A stretch of 64,000 nt of DNA from an uncultured bacterium. Its GTDB lineage: Bacteria; Omnitrophota; Omnitrophia; Omnitrophales; Abzuiibacteriaceae. Below the pieces are notes generated by a model. That model did no database searches. It worked only from the letters and a program-made list of their open reading frames with translations, and was not told where the DNA came from. This document shows positions 1 to 10,800 of the stretch, in pieces. Made by a program: the position numbers and the translations under genes. The stretch's first letter is position 1, and each line of letters opens with the position of its first letter. The DNA is taken from contig CAYLXA010000010.1 of assembly GCA_964387845.1 (NCBI GenBank), positions 32,001-96,000 of the forward strand. Direction: 5' to 3'.

Positions 1-318
1 TCCTTGTTGAACACGCGGCGCAATCACAGCGCGAAAACCGTATTGCGCAATCGCCCATACGGCATGCTCGCGGCTGGATCCGCAGCCGAAATTATTGCGC
101 GCGACTAAAATCTCCGCGCCTTTGAATCGCGGCTGATTGAGCACAAATTCGGGGTTCGGTTTTCCGTCCGGCAAATAGCGCCAATCAAAAAACAAACTCT
201 CGCCGAATCCGGTCCGCTTGATGGATTTTAAAAATTGTTTCGGAATGATCGCATCCGTATCGATGTTGGCGCGGTCAAGCGTCGCGATTAATCCTTTAAA
301 TGTTTTGAATGCTTCCAT
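1..318 (-). CDS. leuD: 3-isopropylmalate dehydratase small subunit LeuD, partial (runs off the 5' edge of the window)
   Basis: The reverse complement of 1-318 translates to [31 protein letters not shown]...[26 protein letters not shown], which carries canonical LeuD motifs. The ATG lies at 316-318. It is missing from the ORF track only because it is truncated by the window edge. Confidence 0.85.
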   Translation of the reverse strand, partial: MEAFKTFKGLIATLDRANIDTDAIIPKQFLKSIKRTGFGESLFFDWRYLPDGKPNPEFVLNQPRFKGAEILVARNNFGCGSSREHAVWAIAQYGFRAVIAPRVQQG

Positions 319-441
319 TGTCAAATTTCAATATCAAATATCAAAATTCAAAATAATTTCAAATTTCTAAAATTCAAATAATTTTTATTGGAAAATTTGA
401 ATTTAGAATTTGTTTTGAGTTTTGAAATTTGAGATTTGAAT
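319..441. repeat. AT-rich intergenic region between leuC and leuD built from TCAAA(T/A) units on the left and TTGAA(T/A) units on the right, forming a long imperfect palindrome
   Basis: The left half (tcaaatttcaatatcaaatatcaaaattcaaaataatttcaaatttctaaaattcaaat) and the right half (ttgaatttagaatttgttttgagttttgaaatttgagatttgaattt) are approximate reverse complements of each other. Confidence 0.55.
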
Positions 442-1839
442 TTACCTCCAAGTTCTAATATCCACAAAATGTCCTTCAACCGCTGCGGCGGCGGCCATTT
501 CGGGGCTCACCAAATGGGTCCTGCCGCCTTTTCCTTGCCGGCCTTCGAAATTCCGGTTCGAAGTCGACGCTGCGCGCTCTCCGGGCTTTAATTGATCCGG
601 ATTCATCGCGAGACACATGCTGCAGCCCGATTGGCGCCATTCGCATCCCGCGGCTTTAAAAATTTCATGAAGTCTCTCGGATTCCGCCTGCTTCAACACC
701 TGTTGAGATCCCGGAACCACCAAAACGCGCACGCCTTTGGCGACTTTGCGGCCCTTTAAATATCGGGCGGCGTTTCTCAGGTCTTCAATGCGCGCATTTG
801 TGCAGCTTCCTATAAAGACCGTGTCCACCTTAATATCGGTAATCGGCGTTCCCGGTTTCAAACCCATATATTGAAGCGCAAATTCGACATCTTTTTTGTT
901 AATTCCAGGCACTTTATCCGGCTCCGGCACGCGACCCGAGACATCTGTCACCATTCCGGGGCTTGTGCCCCAGGTGACTTGCGGCGCAATCTGAGAAACA
1001 TCAATTACGAGCTCGCGGTCAAACTTAGCGCCCGAATCCGTCGGGAGTGTTTTCCAAAATTTGACTGACTTATCGAATTCCGCGCCTTTCGGCGCAAACG
1101 GCCTGTTGCCTGCGGCAATATATTGAAACGTTGTGTCATCCGGCGCAATCATACCGGCGCGTGCGCCGCCTTCGATGGACATATTGCAGATCGTCATACG
1201 CGCTTCCATGGATAACGAACGGATCGCAGCGCCCATATATTCCAAAACATAGCCCGTTCCACCGGCGGTTCCAATTTGGCCGATGAGTTTTAAAATCATA
1301 TCTTTAGAAGTCACGTTCGGCTTCAAACTGCCTTTAAACTCTACTTTGAAAGTTTTGGGCTTTTTTTGCGGCAAACATTGCGTTGCGAGTACGTGCTCCA
1401 CTTCCGACGTTCCGATGCCGAGCGCGAAAGTACCAAACGCGCCGTGCGTTGAGGTATGTGAATCGCCGCAAACAATCGTGAGGCCGGGCAGCGTGATCCC
1501 GAGCTCCGGGCCGATGATGTGCACAATTCCCTGCTCGTCGCTATTTAAATCGTAGAGTTTAATGCCAAACTCTTTGCAATTTTGCGTGAGGGCTTCGATT
1601 TGCGCCTTCGAGACGGCGTCTTTTATATTGAAGCGGTCCTCGGTGGGCACATTGTGGTCCATCGTCGCAAACGTCAGCTTTGGCTGGCGGACTTTGCGGT
1701 TTGACAGGCGGAGACCTTCAAATGCCTGAGGGCTTGTGACCTCATGGATCAGATGGCGGTCGATATAAAGGATGCTGGTACCGTCCGGCAAGGTTTTTAC
1801 CAGATGATGGTCCCATATCTTTTCGAATAAGGTTTTCAT
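442..1839 (-). CDS. leuC: 3-isopropylmalate dehydratase large subunit LeuC
   Basis: The 465-aa product starts [14 protein letters not shown] and carries the aconitase-family Fe-S cluster motifs (GDSHT, GSCTNAR). This is a typical LeuC. Confidence 0.95.
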   Translation of the reverse strand: MKTLFEKIWDHHLVKTLPDGTSILYIDRHLIHEVTSPQAFEGLRLSNRKVRQPKLTFATMDHNVPTEDRFNIKDAVSKAQIEALTQNCKEFGIKLYDLNSDEQGIVHIIGPELGITLPGLTIVCGDSHTSTHGAFGTFALGIGTSEVEHVLATQCLPQKKPKTFKVEFKGSLKPNVTSKDMILKLIGQIGTAGGTGYVLEYMGAAIRSLSMEARMTICNMSIEGGARAGMIAPDDTTFQYIAAGNRPFAPKGAEFDKSVKFWKTLPTDSGAKFDRELVIDVSQIAPQVTWGTSPGMVTDVSGRVPEPDKVPGINKKDVEFALQYMGLKPGTPITDIKVDTVFIGSCTNARIEDLRNAARYLKGRKVAKGVRVLVVPGSQQVLKQAESERLHEIFKAAGCEWRQSGCSMCLAMNPDQLKPGERAASTSNRNFEGRQGKGGRTHLVSPEMAAAAAVEGHFVDIRTWR

Positions 1840-1891
1840 AGGGCGAGCATTATAGCGGGATTATCGCAAAATTGGAAGAGCCGCTCGCATT

Positions 1892-4800
1892 TTAGGCCGC
1901 TGTTAATTGGGCCCAAGCTGCGCGAAGTTCAGAACGTAAAGATTCGGCGATTTGGTCGACGCCAAAGCGTGTGGTCAATTGATCGGGTGATTCCAGGCGA
2001 GATTCAAACTGAACATTTCGGAGTTCAGAGCGCAATTGATCCGCAAAATGCTCGTCTTTACCTTCCACACCATAAAGCACGAATTTAATATTATTTCCGG
2101 TGATTCCTTTGAGAACGGTTGTCGCATTTGTTCGTGTCACAATGTTCACAGAGTGGTTTGCATTATCATCTCTGAAGAAATGATTTTTCAAGAACGATGC
2201 CTGCATTTGTGTGCCGCCGAAGATAACAACAGGCCCTGATTTTCTCATGACCGTTGCTCCGGCATACGCAATCGGCAGATTTTCCAACATGCCCGGTGCG
2301 ACACCATAAACAATGATTGTTTGATTATCATCGGTTTCAATTGCTTCGCTTTGTCCAGCTGTTAAAGAAACTGCTTCTTGAATTGAAGAATGAGGCAAAG
2401 TCGCATACGCTTCTTCAAATTGATTCGCCGAATTTGCCGCCCGGCCCTTAATTTCCGGCGCAATAACACTTTCCCAAGTTAAAGATTCAAATGAAACGTC
2501 AGATATATTATTTTCCTGATTTATAACGCGTAACTCGGACGAAGGCGGGATTACCAGCTTCGCCAAAGCAGCGCTTTTCGGGTCAGAAAAGCGCAATTTC
2601 GATCGACTTGAACGCCTCCTTTTTTCGCGACTAACACCTGTCTCTGTCTTTAAACGGCGCTGATGGCCACCTCTCGGAAAAACTTTTTTATTATAGGTGG
2701 GCGGCTCTTTTGTCCTAGAAAGTTTTCTATCTGGCCTTGGCTTGCCGCGATGGCTAAGCGCTCCGTAGTTTTGCCAATCATCAAGAACTCCGACTTTCGA
2801 ACCGCGGCGTCCTTGCACAAATTTGTAAATATTGCCCTTGCCATCAATATAAACAAATCTCAAGTCCCATCCATTTATAACTCTATAAACACGATCTGGA
2901 AGGCCATCTCCATCCAATTCAATCAATCTCCATTTGTGCCGGCTGTTTTCCTGAACATATACTTCAATTCTGCCAAATATTTGATGATTAAAATGATGGT
3001 AACCAATCGCTTTAAGCGGCTCCCATTGTCCATATTCATCAGGCTGATTATTCTTGACCCAAACTTCATCTGCAAAGAATTTTTCCCGCAAATTGACAAG
3101 CCTCAGATTTCCTGTGAAACCTGATTCAATAGTGCGATTGGTTTGATAGGCAGCCTGGGCAATCCATGCCATAATTACCTTTGCAATTTTTTGTTTGGAC
3201 CATTTATGATAGTAGTTAGCTGAGAAATTATCGAATGGCTTGAATTGACTTGTGATCAGTTTGTTTGAATCGAGATAAAAGCCTACAGAACCTGTACTTT
3301 CATATCCGTAACCCTCATCAAAACCGACTAGAATTTGATAATTTTGTCTACCTGCGCGAACAATCTGCAACAATACCGGATCTCGCGGAGAATAAGGATT
3401 ATTTAGTTTAACGGTATATGTTTTCCATTTTGGATTATCAAAATTTGGAATAAAATCTGCGTTCGACTTCGCGCGCAATTCGGACTTTGCGTCATCGGGA
3501 CGCGAATGATTGGCCATAGGTGCTTTTTCTACAATTTTATTATCACTATTTTCTATATTGACAGGGCCCCGTTTATTTGATATAAGAAAGTCCTCTTCGC
3601 GCACAAACTGAAAAGGAGAATTAAGAATGGTAGAACGTGAATTCACCGCAAGAGAAGTCGGTGCGCTTGTTGAATCTTTCCGGAATGACATTTCCGCCAT
3701 TGCAGAAGGCGTTAGCGGGTTGGCTGTCCGAATGGATCGGGTAGAAGCCAGACTCGCAGTGGTAGAGGTTAAATTAACGTCTGTTGAAGACGCTGTTCGC
3801 GTGGCGGTTCCCAACCACGAATCCCGCATCACCAAACTAGAATCCAAAGTTTTCGGCCGCTGATTATCTTTGCGCAGCTCGGACTTCAGAGAGGCGATTC
3901 CAAAAAACAATGCCTGGCCCTGTTCATTTTTAATTGTTTTCATCACTTGCAGACCACCATCAATAAACTTTTGAAAAATGGTTTCTGGCATTCGATGGTC
4001 TGCCCTGATTCGGCCCGTTGGACTATCCCAAGCTCCCTCAAGCTGATTATAAAAAGTTGTGGCAAAAATTCCTTTTGGTTTAAGAATACGCCTAATGCTT
4101 CGCGCGGCCCGGCTGGCCCGCTCAGTAGACCAGATTTCGATTCCAGGCTTCAATTGAAGAATGGGCATCCCCTCTTCCCTGACATAATCCCACACTGCTT
4201 CATCATCTAAATTACGGTAATGTTGCTTTGTTTCAGCGTGATTGGTAATCAATGCCCAATATAAAACCGAAGAAGCAATGATTAAATCAAATTGCTGGTC
4301 AGCAAATTGACTTAAATCCAAAATATCTGCCTGAACCGCACTCGCCCCGAACCGTTCTTTCGCAAATTGAACCGCATTCTCGTCGATATCAGCCACAATA
4401 ACATCAGCCCCTTTTTGCCGAAGCCATTCAAGGATACTTCCGTCTCTGGCAGTTCCAATTTCAAGCACCCGCTTGCCTTTCCAATAATCCTTTTTCAAAC
4501 TGTCGATTTCTCTCAATCCATGCAAAATGAGTGGTGCTGTACCGCTAGAAATCATTACATCTTCTTCGCCGCGCAGCTCGGCTCTGGCTTTCCGATTAAT
4601 ATCTGACCCGGGCACTTCATTGTGAGCCGGAGCGGACTTCGCGGCGCCTTGGTTCTCTTGCAAATCAATCGATGACATGAAAATATCCCGCCGCGATGTG
4701 ACATAGCCGGCAACATGCATGGTAGACCCTTCGACCGAAAGAGCGAGCGGCAAGTAGTCTTTGGGAAAGTGAAGCAGGCCATTTTCAAATTGCGTTTGAT

Positions 4801-7800
4801 CAATTTGATTTGAGCGGCGGTCAAGTGCAACAATCGCTGAGCCCACTTCAGGATCTTCCCTATTTAACCGATGTGGTGCAACATGCAGGTATGCGGTATT
4901 TCCAAAAATAGAGTTCGGCCAATCTTGCGTAAAAAGTTGATAGGGTTTTTGATTGATCGTCACTTCTCCTAATAAATTGCCCGCTTGATAAACAAGCTCT
5001 CCTGTCTTGATATCCACAACACCTATACCGCTCAAAGGCGCATGCGAATCAAGAATTAAATGATCCTGATTCGAGCGTAAATATCTCACATATTGAAATA
5101 ATTTCGCATTACGTTCATAAACACCTTCTTTTAGTTTGTCAGTACGCAAATGACCGCTGACAGGATCCAAGGCATAAACTTTAGAGGAGCCCAATCCTGT
5201 GAAAAATAAAACGCCTTGAGTGAAGGTGATAAGCGGCGTTGAAACTATTTCATCGGGAAATACTTGCTTCAAATCGAGAACGCCTTTTTCAAATTTGGCA
5301 TGATCTGGCTTTCCGTCACTCATCCGAAACGCGTGAATATAAGCCTGGCCTTTCCGGGCTCTGTCATCAACCGGATGGACATCTGTCTTTCGATAATAAG
5401 CAGCATACAAAGTTTGTCCATCTTCGCTCACGGCCAACGAGTTAATCCGTGCTTCCGGGTCAATCTTTTTAACCTCGTCCGACAAATTTAAACGTCCGTT
5501 CGACCACTTTTCAGACATTAATGCTTTGCGATCTAAATCAACTGCTAAAATGTCACCCGTGAACGAAGTCAAAATGTAAGCCGCATTTCCTCTGGCCACC
5601 ATTTCACGAGGCATGTCCTGAGACGAGATATGAAAGAATCTCTCATTATTTTGCCGCAACTCGGAGCGGGTTTCGGGCTTCGCTTCCATTAGTTTTTTAA
5701 TTTGAGCGCGTGCTTCTGCAATCATTTGATCCGTAATTTCACCCTGCTCTTTGCCGAGCGCCCCCAAGATTTTCGAATCTAAATTGCTTTTTTGGCTGAG
5801 TTCTAAACTGTCATAACCGATGTCTTTTTTCAATTGAACGATCTTTTTATAATTAGAAAAGGTGCGAAGAAAATTAACAACCGGATCCAGCGAGACATGC
5901 TGCCCATCGTCAGTTGCATAAGATCCCAGCAAATCCAGAGTGGTTGTTGCAATCATCAATTCAATTGCCTGGTTAAATTGATCTTCGCCGCGGATGCCTG
6001 CCTGCTCAAATTCCTGCCTTAATTTCTCCAATTGTTGAGCACGATGAATCGAAAACGCAAAAATGTGATGTTTAATGATTAATTTCAAAAGCGCATTGCT
6101 TGAAACGTCCATTTCACCGAAGTGAATATGATTGTCACTTAACACGCGAAATGATTCGAGTTCATGGCCCGGAAATGAATGGTCTCCATTCTCTTTGAAC
6201 TGCATTTTGGTTTTCTTGCCGATATCATGAAGCACGATAAATGCTTCCAATATCGCGCGGTCTTTTGCATTCCAATCCTTAATCAGATTGATCGCATCTT
6301 TGGGCGCTGTAGTGTTTCGGTCAATTTGATTGAGTGCCGAGAGAATGGCTTGTAAATGGTCCTGAAGTTTAGCATTCTGGCCGCCTTCCCTATGAAACAG
6401 GCTGTGATAATGAGGCGTTTCCAAAAAATCCGCATATTGATCCGGAATGCCAGATAACTGTTTCACCAATTCATCCAATGCTGAAGCCGGCCCATACTGG
6501 CGCAGCTCGGAGCGCTGTTCTTTTATCCATTGCACCAAACGCCGATAGTCAGTAACGCGAAGCGACATGCGGGAATTTCCGGGATTCGGCGCTATGATAA
6601 ACTGGTCGGCGGTTCCTCGAACCTTTTGGTACACAAAGACGAGAAACATACCGTAAAACCCCTGTGATTCCGGAAGGCCCCGGGCAACCCAATCCGCTTC
6701 AAGAATTGACCTGAGGACATTTGCCTTGATGGTCAACTCGTCCGGTTCCTTGTTTGCATCTAATTGTGCGATGACGGATTGAAAATATTGCAGAACTACC
6801 GCGTTTCTCCGTTGACTTTGAAGATCATTCCCCAATCCTTCAAAAAGTTTTTGCGTAAAGCGCTGCGCATTACCCATTTGATTTAAATCACGGACCAATG
6901 CCCGATATTCGCGCCGGTAAGCAAGCCATTCGTCTTCCAAATGCATATCAACGGAGCGCACAACCTTCTTAAATGCTTCCGGACTTGTTATCAATGGCTC
7001 CATGTCTGATTTGCCATGCAATTGCTTAACAAAATCAATCAGATATTTCATGCCCTCATCTGCTTCTCTGGCCAATGCGGCATTGATCAAGTGCGTACCT
7101 TCATGGATCATGACATATTTAATAATCAGAGGTGGAAAATGAAGCGCGAAGTCACGATTGATAGTCACATGAGTCACGCTTCCGTCTAATGAAGTTTTTA
7201 TACGTGCATACGAATGCCTCTGCAAAGAGCTTAATAAAGTGTCATCGAGAACGGGATTTTTTTTAAATGCCTCGATAAATTTTAATGCTGTTTTTTGATC
7301 GTCTAGGTTTGAAATTTCGGAAGCAATTTTTTCAAGGCGGTCCACAACCGCTTGAATTTCAGGGAGAAATTCGGGAGTTCTGATCCACCGCAAGATAGGC
7401 CATGCAGCAAATAAAGCGGTTGTTCCTGCACCGATTATTATTTGCCTGCGGCTTGGCAGCCAAAATTTCTTAGCAGGCTCTTCGCTTTTTACTCCCTGAC
7501 GCCGCTCCTTATTTTTTCGTCCGTTCTCACTTGCGCGCAGCTCGGCGCGGGAATTTCCGCTTGGAAGCTTGATGTTAAATTCTGCGGCTGCGTGGGCCAG
7601 CGCACGGTCGCGGTGCTCTCCATACATCAAAGCTTCCCGATGATTGTTTAGGCCTTTTTTCTTCCGAATTCGCTTTGCTTTATGCACAGAAGCCCTGGTT
7701 GAGTACTTCAAAGAAAGCGGCGCTGCCGGAAGCTGAATGCCGAACCGTTTCGCAGCATTGTAAAGCGCCCTGTCCCGATGCTTGCCTCGGGTTAACTCGC

Positions 7801-10800
7801 GGGCATGACTTTTCCATTTCTTCTTCTCGCGTTTTTTTAACTCCCTGCGAACAGATCCTTCGGTTGGATACTCAAAGGGCACACCTCTTTTTCTTAATTC
7901 GGAACGATGATTAGAAACATGAACTTTTGAGCGAACGGGAAGCTGCTCTGATAAAACCGCTTCGAGCATTTGATCTTTAATCCACCAATGAATCGGGCCA
8001 TTTTGTTTTGTCCAATCACGAATCGCATAACCCACTTCCTTTTGAGCTCGAATAAATAAACTTTCCATATTCCCATTACCATTTTGTGCCCGCGCGATCT
8101 GCTCGGCGAGACCTCGATAAATTCTGGCCGGCTCGAACTGATTGCGCCCATTAGAAGATTGATTTTTCTGAAACGTCGAAACCGCTTCCTCAATGCCGAT
8201 ATGTGTCAACGCATTCTTGGCATTAAAAGATGCGGCGATTCGATCTATTTGCCTTTTCATTTTTCTAAAATATTTCTTCCACGAAACAAAAGCCGGTTTT
8301 TCTCCGGCGCGCCGGATATCGAGCCCCAGCAAGATGCGATTTTGAATCAATTCTCCTTCTGGAATTTGATCTAAATAAAGGCCGTATCGCCCCTCAAAAT
8401 TCTTTTCGTATTCAATTAATTCATCGCGCCAATCTTCAAGTTGTTTGGCATCAACGGCACCGATTAAATTTAGTTCATAAATCAGATGAAGAGCGCGGCC
8501 TGCAAGGCCCAACCACCTGACGGCGTGAAGTAATTCGGAAGATTGGGTGTGTTTTTTCGCTTTATTGAGCGAGCTTCGGATCTGAATTTTCAGAATTCTG
8601 GATTTTCTTTGGCGCCTGTCAAATTCTTCAAACTCATCTTGGCTCATAGTTGGCTCAATAATTAGTTTGGCATTTTTAAATAACTGCTTGAGCGCTCGAT
8701 CTTGATGCAAACCCCTCTCATCCGTCCATTGTTGCCATGTCTGCTCGGAGGATTTTGTCGGTGAAAGCGGCTTTCTATCCCGTCCGGCTTTCGTTATTTT
8801 AAGGTTTCCGGTCTCAGCCCAATAACCCAGCCGTTTTGCTTCAAGTTGAATCAGATATCGCTCGGTTCCCTCAAGCGGACCCGGAACAAATTTTTGAACA
8901 CCAACTAAACCACGGTCCGTCAGATAAGCACTATAAACAAAATCAACCAAATGGCCTTTTCGATCGGTCTTTGGATTGGTGCTATACAAATCGATCCGCT
9001 TTGTAAAAGTCCGGCCATCTTGCTTTTCTTGAACATTGCGAAACACCATGAAAAATCTTCGCGGCTTTTCCGGAGTACCTACGCCCGCCCACTTAGGCCG
9101 GAGCGGTATGAAAAACCTTGTGTTTTTTGGCTTTAAAAATATTCCTGTTTGATGGCGGTTATGGTTGTGGCTATGCGTTATGGTTTTTGGCTCAATGGGA
9201 AGCGGTTCCTCTCCCGTCTTGATCCACTGTTGTATGCGTCTTTGAAATTCTTCTTCATCTTTTAGAAATTGCTTGGTTTCCAAATCCACGTAAAACACGA
9301 CCTGATGCTCCGGTTTATTCGAAACTTTTCCGCGTGCGATTCTCCTCACCCGCCAATAAACATTCTGCTTGAATGAGAAAACGGTAATTTCTAGGTCATC
9401 CCGATTTGAAAAATATTGTGAGGGCAGATAGAGCCGGCGCATGTTTTTTGCTTTTGGTAAGGGGAAAAACACGGTATTGGCATATTTGCCTTTTCGGACA
9501 TGTTTTAAAACAGCCTCTTTCAAAATTCTAACGGCAGGAGGGCCGGATTCGCGTTGAAAAGTTAAATGAAAAAGTTCCTTGCGGACCTGTTCAAACTGAT
9601 CAGGAAAAATAATTCCTTGCTTAGGTTGAAAACCGGTTAACGCATCAAATTCGAGCGTTCCCACTGCAGGCCTGAAAGGAAGTAAATGAACCTGCATTTG
9701 CGGACGGCGTTTGTCATCCGCGGAATCCCGGGTCCATATGACGCGCGGTTCTCCGGTCGGATATTGAAAAAGAGCCCACTTAACCGGCACTTTTGCTTCA
9801 TGCAATTGGCCGTTTCGAAGATAAGAAAAGGATGTAATGAAAGGCGGTCGTCTTTTTTGTAGTCGCTGAAAAATACTATCCTGGTATGCATGAAGGCGCC
9901 GCGGGATCATAAAGCCGGAGGGTTGCGCCCGTTGGCCCATTAAAAAATCCCGTAAAAGCTGAGAACGCGAGCTATCGCGAACTTTGTTTGTGCGAAAATG
10001 GTCGGCCAATTCCATTTCCCGAATCAAAAACCGGTAACTCTCCTGAGGATCCACTTGAATTCCCAAACCTGCTTCGCCTCCGGTTGTGTTACCAATTTTC
10101 TGAGTTTGTGATGAAACATAAGAAATAAAACGGCCTTCCCCTGCCGCGGCCAATAATTTCTGTTCATCCCAATTGACCATGAATAAGCGCGGATCATCCG
10201 TTTTGAGGAGCGCTGAATGGCTTTCCGGTGACAGAAGCCAAGCACGCTCCAAAAGATCTGCCCGATCTAATAGTGCCGCTGTTGAAATCCGGCCAAGGCG
10301 AATAAAATCTGAAACAGTTATCTGATGCGCAAATAACTGACTCTCACGATATTGGCGTTCTTCATTCGAAAGCGAAGCCAGATAAGGAAGCGCGTCTGTT
10401 TGAGAAAGATCTTCTTCCTTTGAAATACGGCGCGACGAAGATGGGCGTGGCTTCGGAACGATTTGCATTGTTTCGCTATTTTGACGCAGCTCGGAGCGGG
10501 ATTGAGACTGTTTTTGGCGAATTAATTTCACGGCTTCACGAACGCTAACACCCTTGCCTCGCATATCCATGTAATCAAATGCTAAATCTGCGTTTCCGTT
10601 GCTTAATTTCCAGGCAATAAACGCATTAATCACCGCATACGGATACATCCATCCTTGTCCTTTGTCTGTTAATGGATTCGGATCAAAGACACCGAAATTT
10701 TGCCGAGTCATTCCAATGGCATTTTCTTCTGCATATTCGTAAGCTTTATCGCCGGCTTCCCTGAGACTTCGGTCCAATTCTGCAGGCAATTGATCAACAT

